This document shows positions 36,810-47,620 of a stretch of DNA of 56,151 bases, in pieces. Both the position numbers and the translations under genes were made by a program. The stretch's first letter is position 1, and each line of letters begins with the position of its first letter. Source of the DNA: Minisyncoccota bacterium (GTDB lineage Bacteria; Patescibacteriota; Minisyncoccia; Phycocordibacterales; UBA9973); contig JBBABV010000003.1 of the NCBI GenBank assembly GCA_041657445.1, positions 1 through 56,151 on the forward strand, given 5' to 3'. The notes beneath the pieces were generated by a model. It saw only the letters and a list, made by a program, of their open reading frames with translations, did no database searches and was not told the DNA's origin.

Positions 36810-37355
36810 TCATTTTCTTTTTCCATAAAAATGAACAACAAGTATTAAGACTAGCATTACAAAGAAACTAGTGAGAGAAAGTGTAGGAATTGATATATAA
36901 CCACCAAACACAGAAACAAGTCTTTGGTAACAAGACACTCCTGATGCATCACAGGGAATGTTTTCTAAATTTCCGAAATAGTAAACTATTGTCTGATATA
37001 TGGATATACTAAAACCAACTAATAGTAAAGGAAGAGAGAAATAAATGACCTGTTTGCTTCTTTTCCAAAATGCAGTTCCAAAGAGAAAAACTTGAGGAAA
37101 AAGAAAAACTCTTTGATACCAGCAAAGTGCACAAGCTAAAAATCCTATTACCTCAGAATAGACAAGAGAGAAAACTGTAGAAAAGAAAGAAATCAAAAAA
37201 CCGAGAATTAAAAAATACTTCTCAATATAATCAAGAAAAGTATTCTTCTTTGGACCAAAAAAGAACATCAATAAAGTAAATACTGAAAGTATCTGTAAAG
37301 TGATAGCTCCAATTCCAAGAAATACATTTAAACTATTGATTGCCGAAAAACTCAT
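36810..37355 (-). CDS. DsbB/BdbC-family disulfide bond formation protein
   Basis: Four TM helices. CALCWYQR (CxxC in the first periplasmic loop) and a second Cys pair CDASGVSC. Confidence 0.75.
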   Translation of the reverse strand: MSFSAINSLNVFLGIGAITLQILSVFTLLMFFFGPKKNTFLDYIEKYFLILGFLISFFSTVFSLVYSEVIGFLACALCWYQRVFLFPQVFLFGTAFWKRSKQVIYFSLPLLLVGFSISIYQTIVYYFGNLENIPCDASGVSCYQRLVSVFGGYISIPTLSLTSFFVMLVLILVVHFYGKRK

Positions 37356-37379
37356 GGAAATAAAATTAAAATAATAATA

Positions 37380-37775
37380 CTAAAGAGGAAGTTCACAAGA
37401 TGTCTTTTCTGCAAGAATTTTAAGTTCCACTTCTCCAAAAATTCTCTCTCCGTTTGCAAATTCCCAAGCAGGATACCCTTCTATATTTTTTGTTTTACAT
37501 TCATTTGTCTGTCCTCTTCCATCAAGAGTAGAACATTCTACATACGGAAGATACTTAGCAGAAGATCCAAACATATCTTTTTGTGCTTGACAATGAGAAC
37601 ACCAAAAAGCACCATAAAATACTGCTCCTCTTTCCTTTAAACACATTGCAAAATTATCGTATTTACCTTTTTCAATACTTGATAAATTTTCCCCTTCACG
37701 AATTACCACCGTTATAATAGTCCCTAATATCAAAAGTGCTATTATACCCAAAAACACTTTAATTTGTTTATTCAT
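37380..37775 (-). CDS. Membrane-anchored extracytoplasmic thioredoxin-fold protein
   Basis: N-terminal TM helix. FYGAFWCSHCQAQKDMFG (CxxC), as in the Trx domains fused to VKOR/DsbB systems. Confidence 0.7.
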   Translation of the reverse strand: MNKQIKVFLGIIALLILGTIITVVIREGENLSSIEKGKYDNFAMCLKERGAVFYGAFWCSHCQAQKDMFGSSAKYLPYVECSTLDGRGQTNECKTKNIEGYPAWEFANGERIFGEVELKILAEKTSCELPL

Positions 37776-37823
37776 TGTTCTATGTTACTAATTTATAATA
37801 AATAAAACAAGTATTTTTCCACA

Positions 37824-38228
37824 TTAAAAATATAGACCATATATTTTTGGAACAAAAATAATGATACCAATAATTATAGCGAAAAAAACAGATAAAAGAG
37901 AGGCACCCGCAGCGACATCCTTTGTATCCCTTGCATAAGGATGAAAGACAGGGGAAGTTAAATTTATATCAATTTCAATAGCAGTATTAATTGCTTCAGT
38001 TATAAATACTATTCCAATAATTAATACCAACACACACCATTCTGTAATAGAGATATGTAGAAGAAATCCAAGATATATTGCAAGTAAAGAGAAAAAAACA
38101 AAACCCCAAGTATTATGCCCCGATGCAAAAATAATTTTTATTCCCCTCCAAGCATGATTTGCACTTCTTACTCTGGCGATAATAGAAAACCTCTTTTTCT
38201 CCTTTTTTGTTAATTCGTTGTTTTCCAT
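37824..38228 (-). CDS. dgkA: Diacylglycerol/undecaprenol kinase
   Basis: SANHAWRGIK, EAINTAIE and D..K..AAGA motifs. Three TM helices. Confidence 0.8.
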   Translation of the reverse strand: MENNELTKKEKKRFSIIARVRSANHAWRGIKIIFASGHNTWGFVFFSLLAIYLGFLLHISITEWCVLVLIIGIVFITEAINTAIEIDINLTSPVFHPYARDTKDVAAGASLLSVFFAIIIGIIIFVPKIYGLYF

Positions 38229-38242
38229 TGATATTTATAAAA

Positions 38243-39955
38243 TTAAATCTTATCTTCTTCAGTATGCTTTTTTCTTTCATTAAGATATTCAATATGTTTA
38301 ATTTTTTCTGCTTCCCATATAGATTCATTCCCTACAATTCCATTACTTTCTACTATCTCTGAAGCATATTTTGCTCCAAGGTAATAAGACAAAACAACAA
38401 ATGAAGCACCAGCAGAATAGAGTTCAATAGCTTCATTGATATTATGAGATGTTACTACTATTTTCATATCCCTACTATGTGTCCTGCAGTATGAAACAAG
38501 GGAAAGATTTGTAGCAGAACGAGGAATAGTAGAAATTATCATTTTTGATTTTGCAATTTCAATTTCTTCTAAAAAGTCATCATCCTCTGCATCTCCGTAA
38601 TAATGAGGTATATCATGCTTTTTCATTTTTGCGATTGCCTTTGGATTAAAATCAACAACAAAGTATTTGTAATTCATTCTTTTAGCCATAGAAACAAAAT
38701 CATATCCTACTCGGTCATAACCAAAAATAACAAGATCAATATCATCTGAAAACTTTAACTCTTCTTTTTTTGAAACTTTTCTCCGTTCAAGTAATCTTAA
38801 AAATGGACGAATTTTAGAATAAATTTTATCTGCAAAAAGAATTAAATAAGTTGAACCTGCAATGGTAACAATGCCAACAAATGTGATAAGAGAAACTGCC
38901 TCTTGATTTATATGCCCAAAAGAAAATCCCATTGCAACAAGAATCAAAGAAAATTCACTAATCTGTGCAACAGTAAGACCAGCCATAAATCCTGTTCTAC
39001 TTTTATACCCAAGTAAGTTCATAAGGATAATAACTATGATTGGATTACCTATAAGCACAAATAGTGACAAGATAATTGCTGGAAAAATTATTTTGTCTAT
39101 ACCTGAAAGAACCATACTAGAACCAAGCATTACAAAAAAAAGTAGAATAAAGAAATCTCTCAAAGGTTTCATTCTTGAACCAATTTCTTGTGCAAAAGGT
39201 GAAGCAGAAAGAGCAACACCAGCAAAAAGTGCTCCAACTTCTATGGAAAAACCAAAGTGATTAAAAATAATTGCTAGTCCAATACCCCACGATATTGCAA
39301 AAAGAAAAAGTAGTTCTTGAGAGTCGGCAAGAAAATTAAGAAGTTTAGGTAAAAAATACCTACTTGCTAAATATAAAACAACAAAAAACACTACTCCTTT
39401 CAATAAAAGAAAAGAAGTCATTTCTAGTAAATTAACATCTCCTTTTGAAGATCCCCATACAGAAACAAACAACAAAACTAATGTTGCAAATAAATCTTGA
39501 ACCAAAAGAAATCCAATTGATATTTTTCCATACAACTCCCCCAAATCTCCTCTATCTGAAAGAAGTTTAAGAATGATAATTGTGCTAGAGAAAGTAAGAG
39601 CAAGAGATCCGTATAAAGAAACTGCAATAGAGAAACCTAAAACTTGTAAAATCAAAAAACCAAAAAGAGAGGTAAATACTATTTGCCCAAGTCCTGTGAT
39701 AAGTGCTGTTTTTCCTACCTCACGAATAGTATCTGACCTTAAATGAAGTCCGATTATAAAAAGTAATATAGCAATACCAAACTTTGAAAAAAGTTCAATA
39801 TAACCTTTTGAATCAATGAAATTGAGAAAATAAGGACCAACTATTACTCCTGAGATAATATATCCTACCACTAATGGCTGTTTTAATAGCCTCATTATAA
39901 ATGAAACAAGAGTAGCGACAAGTATTATTAATCCAATTTCTATAAATATATCCAT
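38243..39955 (-). CDS. CPA2 cation:proton antiporter with a C-terminal RCK/TrkA-N domain (Kef-like)
   Basis: 570 aa with about 12 TM helices. Followed by the Rossmann-like segment LVIFGYDRVGYDF. Confidence 0.75.
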   Translation of the reverse strand: MDIFIEIGLIILVATLVSFIMRLLKQPLVVGYIISGVIVGPYFLNFIDSKGYIELFSKFGIAILLFIIGLHLRSDTIREVGKTALITGLGQIVFTSLFGFLILQVLGFSIAVSLYGSLALTFSSTIIILKLLSDRGDLGELYGKISIGFLLVQDLFATLVLLFVSVWGSSKGDVNLLEMTSFLLLKGVVFFVVLYLASRYFLPKLLNFLADSQELLFLFAISWGIGLAIIFNHFGFSIEVGALFAGVALSASPFAQEIGSRMKPLRDFFILLFFVMLGSSMVLSGIDKIIFPAIILSLFVLIGNPIIVIILMNLLGYKSRTGFMAGLTVAQISEFSLILVAMGFSFGHINQEAVSLITFVGIVTIAGSTYLILFADKIYSKIRPFLRLLERRKVSKKEELKFSDDIDLVIFGYDRVGYDFVSMAKRMNYKYFVVDFNPKAIAKMKKHDIPHYYGDAEDDDFLEEIEIAKSKMIISTIPRSATNLSLVSYCRTHSRDMKIVVTSHNINEAIELYSAGASFVVLSYYLGAKYASEIVESNGIVGNESIWEAEKIKHIEYLNERKKHTEEDKI

Positions 39956-39980
39956 ACTTAATTCTATTTTATCATTTTAT

Positions 39981-41102
39981 TTATTGATATTGAATATATA
40001 TTGGTATCGGCCTTAATTTTAATAATTCCTCTGGTGTAAATAACACAGTTCCTGGATCCCAAATATCGTTTTTATAAAAAATTTTAAATCCTGTAAATTG
40101 AACAGGCTCTTGAAAAATAAATCTCTCATATGTGTTTTTTTTCTTAGCTTTTCCTCCCCAACCATCCATATGTATTACAACCTGAACTTCTTCTTGCGGT
40201 TTTATCTCTTGAAAATTTGTAACCATTTTTTGGGTATATCTATGAATTACTAAAACCTTTGGAGGAAGATTATTCTCCTTAACTAATTTAGACAAGTATT
40301 CTATCGCATAATTTATATCCTTTGCATCATATGTTCCCACCACCTTCCCTGGTCTTATAGTCCCCTTCATAGAAAACTCTGGATCAATACCAAGATGAAC
40401 ATTAGGAAGTTTAAGATATTTCTCATAAACAGGAAGCTCGTTTTCTAATGTGCTAAACCCTACTTGAAAATCCAAAAAAACTATCGCATCTATTTTTTTT
40501 GCTATTTCTAAAACTTTATCTATTTCCTTTTGAGGCATACGAAGACGATGTTTTCCATCTTCTCCTGGGTGAAGTTGAGCAGTTACTGTAATATAATGAA
40601 GAGCTGGTTGCACAGGAATTTCTGGATCGGCTTTCTCCCATTTTTCAACTTCATTCATAAGGCGAGACAACATCTCCTCTTCAGGATATTCTCCTAATAC
40701 TCCCATTTTTGTTGAATACAAATTTCCATAATATGCAATTATTCTTTTGAATGGAAGGATCGCTCCATCTTTTGGATAAGGGGCATCTACGGGCCATAAG
40801 TTTGGCTTCACTTCTTCTTGTCCTTCCACTACAGTTACAGGATTATTTGCCAATCTTTCCAATAATCTATCATACAATTCTTTATCAAGCGGAGGAAATA
40901 AAGGCTTTTCAATAAAAACCTCTTCTACCCCATGAATAGATGTAGCCATACCTTCTTTTTCATAAGAATCCTTTATCCCTAGCCAGTTAGGAAAATACGA
41001 AACAATAATAGACATAAAAAATACAAACACTAAAACAAACCAAAAACGAGCACTCTTGAGTGCATGCTCTACAGAAGAATAGGTTTCCTTTTTATTTTCC
41101 AT
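39981..41102 (-). CDS. Membrane-anchored hypothetical protein
   Basis: 373 aa with an N-terminal TM helix. The alternating beta/alpha pattern (FLDFQVG, GIDPEF, VIHMDGWG) suggests a TIM-barrel-like hydrolase, but no family was recognised. Confidence 0.35.
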   Translation of the reverse strand: MENKKETYSSVEHALKSARFWFVLVFVFFMSIIVSYFPNWLGIKDSYEKEGMATSIHGVEEVFIEKPLFPPLDKELYDRLLERLANNPVTVVEGQEEVKPNLWPVDAPYPKDGAILPFKRIIAYYGNLYSTKMGVLGEYPEEEMLSRLMNEVEKWEKADPEIPVQPALHYITVTAQLHPGEDGKHRLRMPQKEIDKVLEIAKKIDAIVFLDFQVGFSTLENELPVYEKYLKLPNVHLGIDPEFSMKGTIRPGKVVGTYDAKDINYAIEYLSKLVKENNLPPKVLVIHRYTQKMVTNFQEIKPQEEVQVVIHMDGWGGKAKKKNTYERFIFQEPVQFTGFKIFYKNDIWDPGTVLFTPEELLKLRPIPIYIQYQ

Positions 41103-41140
41103 TACAATGAGTATAACAGAAATATGTTATATCACAATAA

Positions 41141-41875
41141 TTATTTAATATAATCTGCTATTTCAGAAAGAGATAAATAGAAAGGCATAGCTCCAAGAAC
41201 TCCAGGACCAATTTCATATTTATCAAAATAAATTGTTAAGTTTTTTTCATCCATGGACCAATCCAAAAATGATTCAAAGGTAAGATCTCCTATTTCTTCA
41301 AGAAAGATATTGTTATTACTTGCATCAAGAGAATACCAATCAAATAATTTACTTTTTACAAAAAGGGTAAATTCATTTAATTTCTCTTTTTTTATGATAT
41401 CTGAAAGAGAAACAATATCTCCTGATTTTATATCAGAAGTAAATACAGTATAAATATCCATACCATTTGCTCCTCCTGTATAATAATATTCACTAAAAAC
41501 AATTGATTTCGTTTTTTGACCTTCCTCTATTTTAGCTTTGATGTCTAAGATAAAAGTGGCAGGAGGACTATCCACACCAAACTTCTTTTTCATTTCTGGC
41601 ACTTCTGCATCTGCTCGTTGTTTAAAATTTGAAACAGTTTCTTCTATATATTTTTTTGCCTTTTCAGCAAGCATTCCAAAACCAGAAATTTCTGGAACAG
41701 ATCCATAAAAATTTTCTTCGTTTATTTTCCTTTCTGATATATTTACCACATCAGAAATATCGTTTATCTCAGTTTGAGTTGGCTTTTTTATTAAACCATC
41801 TCTAAAGAAATAAAAAAAGACAATTACTATAATTAAAAGAACAAAAATTATAATAAATTTCCCTTTTCTATTCAT
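41141..41875 (-). CDS. Membrane-anchored DUF3298/DUF4163 (RsiV/PdaC-like) domain protein
   Basis: N-terminal TM helix. ...YYYTGGANGMDIYTVFT...LTIYFDKYEIGPGVLGAMPFYLSLSEI matches the DUF3298 C-terminal pattern. Confidence 0.6.
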   Translation of the reverse strand: MNRKGKFIIIFVLLIIVIVFFYFFRDGLIKKPTQTEINDISDVVNISERKINEENFYGSVPEISGFGMLAEKAKKYIEETVSNFKQRADAEVPEMKKKFGVDSPPATFILDIKAKIEEGQKTKSIVFSEYYYTGGANGMDIYTVFTSDIKSGDIVSLSDIIKKEKLNEFTLFVKSKLFDWYSLDASNNNIFLEEIGDLTFESFLDWSMDEKNLTIYFDKYEIGPGVLGAMPFYLSLSEIADYIK

Positions 41876-41906
41876 CTATATATTATACTCATAATAAATT
41901 ATTTTT

Positions 41907-43283
41907 CTACTCACTCTTTCGCAAAAAATATGCAAGAATAGGAGGAACTAAAAGGGTAGTAAAAATAACCATTATGACTATTACAGAGAATAACTCATCA
42001 GATAGAACTCCAAGCCCCATACCAATGGTAGCAAAGATGAGTCCTACCTCTCCTCTTGGCACCATGCCAAAACCGATGATATTCTTGTTTACATCTTTAC
42101 CTGCAACAAATCCAGTAACATATTTCCCAAAGAAAGCAACTATAGTAATAGCAAGTGCAACAAGAAGAATTTTAAAATCAAACAAAGCAGAAAGGTTTAC
42201 ATTTATACCTGTAAGAACAAAGAATATCGGAATGATAAAATGTCCGATTGGCTCAAGTAGTTCTTCAATATGCTTTTCGGTATAGTGTGAAGCCTTTTTC
42301 TCAAGTCTTTCTTTTTGTTCTCCTGTTAGATTAACTGCTTCTTCTTCTAAATCAAGAGCTGATTTTGGTTTCTTAAAATGTTTAAAGTGAACTGGATCAA
42401 GGATAAGTCCAGCAGCAAATGCTCCCACAATAGGGGCAAGCCCTATAAGCCCTGCAACTGCTGAATAAAATAAAGCGAAGACTATAGCAAGAGTAATCTT
42501 TGCACCTACTCCTGTATTTATCCTTGAGAAGAATTTACTAATATATGGAGCACCAAGTTTACCTATCAACACAGAACCTACGAGAAACAAAACTGCTTTA
42601 GCGATAATCCAAGATATTATTCCAATACCAACTGCTCCGACAGTAACCAAAGCTGACACCACAGCAAGAATGATTAAACCAAGAACATCATCAATCACAG
42701 CTGCACCAAGCACGATTTGAGCTTCTTTTGTTTGTAGTTTTCCAAAATCCTTAAATACTCTAGCCGTAATACCTACTGATGTAGCAGTAAGGGCAGCACC
42801 CAAGAAAAGATGAGCATTAAAAGATGCTTCAGGAAGAAGCCAAGGACCTACAGCAAATGCCCCAAGAACAAAGGGAACTATCACTCCTACGACAGCTACA
42901 AGAGATGCCTTTATACCCACCTTCTTCATGTCAGAAAGATTTGATTCAAGACCGACTTGAAATAGAAGAATGATTACACCAAGCTCCGCGAGAAAAGAAA
43001 CAAAAACATCACTTTTGATTGGTTCAAAGAGACTAATTCCAATCAATCCTAGATTTCCTAGTAACACCCCTATAAGAAGTTCGCCAAGAACTGATGGTTG
43101 TTTAGCTTTCTCAATAAATCTTCCAAGCATCGCAAATAAAAGCACTACTCCCATCCATAGAAGAGTTTGGACAGGACCATGGGCTCCTTCTTCTCCTCCA
43201 CTTGCAAAAGCAAAAGTTCCTAATGAAAGAACTGCTAATCCGACCAAAAAGAAAACAGCAAACTTATTTTTAAAATAGTTCAT
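41907..43283 (-). CDS. CPA2-type Na+(K+)/H+ antiporter
   Basis: 458 aa, polytopic. LGELLIGVLLGN and DDVLGLIILAV are typical Na_H_exchanger motifs. Confidence 0.75.
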   Translation of the reverse strand: MNYFKNKFAVFFLVGLAVLSLGTFAFASGGEEGAHGPVQTLLWMGVVLLFAMLGRFIEKAKQPSVLGELLIGVLLGNLGLIGISLFEPIKSDVFVSFLAELGVIILLFQVGLESNLSDMKKVGIKASLVAVVGVIVPFVLGAFAVGPWLLPEASFNAHLFLGAALTATSVGITARVFKDFGKLQTKEAQIVLGAAVIDDVLGLIILAVVSALVTVGAVGIGIISWIIAKAVLFLVGSVLIGKLGAPYISKFFSRINTGVGAKITLAIVFALFYSAVAGLIGLAPIVGAFAAGLILDPVHFKHFKKPKSALDLEEEAVNLTGEQKERLEKKASHYTEKHIEELLEPIGHFIIPIFFVLTGINVNLSALFDFKILLVALAITIVAFFGKYVTGFVAGKDVNKNIIGFGMVPRGEVGLIFATIGMGLGVLSDELFSVIVIMVIFTTLLVPPILAYFLRKSE

Positions 43284-43358
43284 TTGTTATGTTATTGTTT
43301 AATAAATTTTTAATTATGCCTAGGATAGCATATTGATTAATAATTTTGCAAATTCTTT

Positions 43359-44558
43359 TTATAAGTCAAGCGATGAAGCTCTTTTGATCGCATCTTTACC
43401 ATATTTCTTGCGAATCTTATCAGCAGTTTCTTCTATTATTAAAGTCTTAATGCTTTTTTCTTGTTTTCCAAACAAATCAAGTGGTGCTTTCTCTTCACGA
43501 ATTAGATTGTGAAGAATTATCCCTGTTGAACGAATTCTATTTTCATTGGGTAAAAGTCTTTCTACTTCTTTTTCTATCCTATTTAAAATTATTCCCGGAT
43601 CAGCAGTATATTCTGTTAGCTTTATTTCTCCAAAATAATGCTTAAAATCAGTATCCTTGATAAAAAAAGAAACTTTATTTGTAAGAAGAAAAATTTTTCT
43701 TAGGTGTTCACAAGCCCTTTCAACATTCTTAGCCATTTCTCTCCAAATTACTTTCAAATCAGAAGACGATGGTCTAAATGTAGAGGTAGATTGAATGGAC
43801 TTCTGATCTCTAGGGTCAATATTCCCTTCTACTTCATAAACACTTTCACCATTTAATTCTCTATGAAGTTCTTCTAGACTCTTTGAGAAATGTTTTTCTA
43901 GATCACTTTGCGAATAATTCACAAAGTCATATGCTGTCTTCATTCCTAATCTTTTTAAATCAGGAACAGTTTGTCTACCTATCCCCCACACATCATCTAT
44001 GGGTGTTCTCTTGAGTGCATTTATTTCATCTTCTTTTGAAAGGAGCATTACTAAACCATTTGGCTTTTCAAGTTTTGATGCCTGCTTTGCAAGTGCTTTT
44101 GTCCTTGCAAGCCCTAGGGAATATGTCACTCCGAGAGTCTTTTCAATTTCATTTTTCAATTCCAGCATAAAATCTTTCGGAGTTCCAAAATACTTAATCT
44201 CTGACGGCTTTACTAGAGCAAAACATTCATCAATACTATATTCTTCTACTACTCCTGCATATGAAGAGAGGATTCTGTGCATTCCTTCTTTTATCTTGTG
44301 ATAGAGTGGAAAATCGTGATCTAGGATAACGACTTCAGGATATAGCTTTTTTATTTGAAATACAGGCATCCCTCTCGTCACTCCTATCTTCTTTGCCTCT
44401 CGGCTCATAGCTACCGCTATACCACTATCACCTCCCACTATTACCGGCTTCCCTTTTAATTCAGGTCTTTTAGTCAGTTCGCAAGCGACGAAAAATGCAT
44501 CCCCATCTGCATGTAAGAACAGGTCATTTTTCATATGTTCATCGCTCCTCTTTTCCAT
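43359..44558 (-). CDS. dinB: Y-family DNA polymerase IV
   Basis: HADGDAFFVACE (compare D.D.FFA.VE), SIDECF and GIGRQT. Confidence 0.85.
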   Translation of the reverse strand: MEKRSDEHMKNDLFLHADGDAFFVACELTKRPELKGKPVIVGGDSGIAVAMSREAKKIGVTRGMPVFQIKKLYPEVVILDHDFPLYHKIKEGMHRILSSYAGVVEEYSIDECFALVKPSEIKYFGTPKDFMLELKNEIEKTLGVTYSLGLARTKALAKQASKLEKPNGLVMLLSKEDEINALKRTPIDDVWGIGRQTVPDLKRLGMKTAYDFVNYSQSDLEKHFSKSLEELHRELNGESVYEVEGNIDPRDQKSIQSTSTFRPSSSDLKVIWREMAKNVERACEHLRKIFLLTNKVSFFIKDTDFKHYFGEIKLTEYTADPGIILNRIEKEVERLLPNENRIRSTGIILHNLIREEKAPLDLFGKQEKSIKTLIIEETADKIRKKYGKDAIKRASSLDL

Positions 44559-44678
44559 TTAGGTATTATAACCCATATCAAAATCCTTGCCTTAATAAGC
44601 ATAGAATTCTCTCAAAAAGAAAAGGGTCACCTATTCAAATTCTAATAATAATCTTATTATCAAATATTCTAAAATAGC

Positions 44679-45497
44679 TCAATCTAACAGTCCATATTCT
44701 CTTAATAATTCATCGTTTTCATTTGAAATTATCAACCCTCCGTCTTTCTTCTTTTTAACTAAATAATGCAAACACACTTGGGGTAATTCATCGTTTTCAA
44801 TAGAGAGAAACTGTGGTTCGATGGTGAATTGTTCTTCACCATTAAGAAGCCAATCAGAGTGATTGTTTATAAATTTCCTTTCGCTTCGTATTTTCTCAAT
44901 CAACTCACTTGAAAGAATTCTGTCTTGAATATCTAGAGGATTAATCATTGGAACACTGTGGCCAAGATCAAGAGACACGGAATCAGAAACACTAATTACA
45001 GAATTTCTTAAACCATATTTTGAAAATATCTTCTGCGATGTTTCAAACAGTGACTTTGAACTATTTATTAATCTTAATTCATCTATTACCTCTCTCGTTG
45101 CTTTATGACACAATCTAAAATGATTTATAACCCTCTCATCTTTACCGAAATACAGAGTAATATCAAAATCACCCAAAATACCAGTCTTCACATCAACAAA
45201 AGAAGAATATGCAAAAAGCAATCCCCTTTCCCAATCAATTTCTTTTTCACTCGGCCAATTTTCCTTTTTTCTTAATGAATCAAAGTTTATTCTTTCCACA
45301 TCTTCATCAGAACCAAAGAGAATTGCAATTCCATCTGGAGGTGGTGTATACCATCCATTTTTTGTAAGAGCAGAAGTACTTCTTGCTTTTTCTAACCATA
45401 AATCACGAAATAGAATTTCACTTACTCCCTTTTTTCCTTCTAGTTCATTGAGTGTTTCTTTAAAGATTTTAAGACTGATTTTTTTTCCTTCGTTCAT
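44679..45497 (-). CDS. Hypothetical protein, possibly a degenerate M24 (pita-bread) fold
   Basis: GDFDITLYFG, LGHSVP and FTIEPQ loosely follow the M24 metal-ligand order. The last Glu ligand is not evident. Confidence 0.3.
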   Translation of the reverse strand: MNEGKKISLKIFKETLNELEGKKGVSEILFRDLWLEKARSTSALTKNGWYTPPPDGIAILFGSDEDVERINFDSLRKKENWPSEKEIDWERGLLFAYSSFVDVKTGILGDFDITLYFGKDERVINHFRLCHKATREVIDELRLINSSKSLFETSQKIFSKYGLRNSVISVSDSVSLDLGHSVPMINPLDIQDRILSSELIEKIRSERKFINNHSDWLLNGEEQFTIEPQFLSIENDELPQVCLHYLVKKKKDGGLIISNENDELLREYGLLD

Positions 45498-45539
45498 TGA
45501 ATTTGATTATATCACCTTTCCTTACTTTCTATATATTTT

Positions 45540-46151
45540 TTACCTAACTTTTTCTTCCTCTTTTTTCGGTTTAGTAATTATCTTAAGCACTAAGATCAAA
45601 ACAGTAAAGTCAAAGATAAAAAGATAAAATGGGTATGCAAGCTCGCTGAAAGTAAAATACTGTGCAGAGAAAAGACTAAATATTCCAGAAAAAACATACA
45701 TTATCCATATGAAAGGTGTCTCAGTATTAGGATTCTTATATGTCTTAAATATAGTAGGCATACCAAATGAAAGATCTGCGATGATAGCACAAATGATAGC
45801 AATGACAGGCATATCAAGTGTCTGCCACAAAATCAAACCAAGTATCCCTATTCCAAGAAAAATAAAGTCGTAGTATGTAGTAGACCAAACTCCTACTTTT
45901 TTGTAAATAGAATACCCTCCAACCATCAAGCAACATAAAGTGTTTGCAAACACTATTGCTACGGTCCAAACCCCTCCCTCTGCAAGCATTGCAAATGCAC
46001 CTATTGCTGTGATAGAAGCCCAACCAAAAGAACTTATTAAATGTGGACAAACTCTTCTCTTATGTATATCTTTGAGATAAAACAGACTTCCTAAAATAAC
46101 TAAAAAGGAAGAGAGGATTCCGAATGTTGCCTTAACGAATATGATTTCCAT
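45540..46151 (-). CDS. Polytopic membrane protein, unknown function
   Basis: 203 aa with about six hydrophobic helices. Confidence 0.45.
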   Translation of the reverse strand: MEIIFVKATFGILSSFLVILGSLFYLKDIHKRRVCPHLISSFGWASITAIGAFAMLAEGGVWTVAIVFANTLCCLMVGGYSIYKKVGVWSTTYYDFIFLGIGILGLILWQTLDMPVIAIICAIIADLSFGMPTIFKTYKNPNTETPFIWIMYVFSGIFSLFSAQYFTFSELAYPFYLFIFDFTVLILVLKIITKPKKEEEKVR

Positions 46152-46183
46152 TTAATATATATCTTTGTTATAAAAAATCATTG

Positions 46184-46708
46184 TTAAATTTTCCTAGAAT
46201 CATATGCCCAGTGAAGAATTGCTTGTCTTTGCACTGGGCGACATGCTAAATCTCCTGCTCTGCAATTCTTGCCAACCTGAGCAATATGCCGTCTGATAGC
46301 TTTCCATCTTTTTATCTGTCTTAAATCTTCTTCTTTTAATCTTCTACCCATATAGTACCTACAGTACCATTGAAACCATCCTCGTGGATCGTGGTGTTCA
46401 TTTATCCATCCTTTTTCTTGCCATATCTTAAGTGACTGACTAGCATGTTTGTGAAAATAATTAAGTTTGTCGTCATGATGTCTTGGTGAGAGTTTCGCAT
46501 TAGTAAACCAACTTTTCGGAAACTCTTTTTTACAATCAGTCATATACTTGCCTCCAAAAACACCAAGCTTAAGCATTTCTCTTGGAGTAAGTTCTGGTTT
46601 GAATTCTAGATGAAAGTTTCTACCTATCGGTTCGGAAAGTTCATATCTGTATCCTTTCTGAAATTTATCATTTATTATCACTATCTTTCTTTTTGTTTTT
46701 AACTTCAT
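46184..46708 (-). CDS. Conserved-looking basic hypothetical protein
   Basis: 174 aa. Motifs LTPREMLKLGVFGGKYM and DPRGWFQWYCRYYMGRR...RQIKRW. Family not recognised. Confidence 0.4.
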   Translation of the reverse strand: MKLKTKRKIVIINDKFQKGYRYELSEPIGRNFHLEFKPELTPREMLKLGVFGGKYMTDCKKEFPKSWFTNAKLSPRHHDDKLNYFHKHASQSLKIWQEKGWINEHHDPRGWFQWYCRYYMGRRLKEEDLRQIKRWKAIRRHIAQVGKNCRAGDLACRPVQRQAILHWAYDSRKI

Positions 46709-47108
46709 AAATTATTTACCTAGTATACACCCTACTAAGGAAAAGAGTGATTCTCATCACGAGGGTGTAAGTAATTCTTACTTCAACAAAAACCATTCCA
46801 TAAATCAGAGTGACTTTTGTTTTTCAAAATAGAATTAACTTTTATTGTATATGAGGAGAAAGACTATTGCATCCATTCGTTACTATTGGTTCATATAAAC
46901 CCTACAATAAATGTAATAATTTTCATAAAAATTATAGATTTTACCAACTTTAACAATTGACCAATCCTTTAAACACACCCAGTATTCATATTCTTCTAGA
47001 GCTTCCATGTTTAAAAGATTAGAATACCCGAAAAATAATCACTTGATTTACTGTAAGAAAGTTCCTCTGCCCTATTAATTTAAATTGATTATCTTATGCT
47101 CTAAATAT

Positions 47109-47480
47109 CTATTTTAAAAGGATAAAAACATCAGATATTTCGGGATAAATAGCAGATGCTGTATATTTAAGAGCATTAAAGGAATTCTTAAAATATTTAC
47201 TTTTTACATAAACACGATACTGAAAAAAGGTACTTTCTCCGATTTCGTAAAAATATCCTTGTAAACCAGTTTTATCATACGATTCAAATATTCTGAATAA
47301 ATCCTTATCTAAATTATAGAATTCTGTCATGTCAATAAGGGAGTACTTGTTTTTATAAGCCATCGATTCCATCATAAATGCATTTTTTGCATCTTCTTCG
47401 CTGTCTACTGGTCTTATAATTATAATCATGATATTTTCAGAATTTTTTTTGTCTTTCAATAAAAATATTTCTGAAAGCAA
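47109..47480 (-). CDS. Hypothetical protein, possibly 5'-truncated
   Basis: The listed start is TTG. The same frame stays open upstream to about 47,615 with no ATG, GTG or TTG. Confidence 0.3.
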   Translation of the reverse strand: MLSEIFLLKDKKNSENIMIIIIRPVDSEEDAKNAFMMESMAYKNKYSLIDMTEFYNLDKDLFRIFESYDKTGLQGYFYEIGESTFFQYRVYVKSKYFKNSFNALKYTASAIYPEISDVFILLK

Positions 47481-47620
47481 GGAATTGTCCTTCTCATAAT
47501 AAAAATCATTCTCTTTTAAAATTTCTTCATTAAGGCCGATTTCTACTAATTGATTATAGTTGAGAATAAAATTATCGCCTATTATTAAATTTTGATTAGA
47601 ATCTGTTCGAGTGCTTTACT

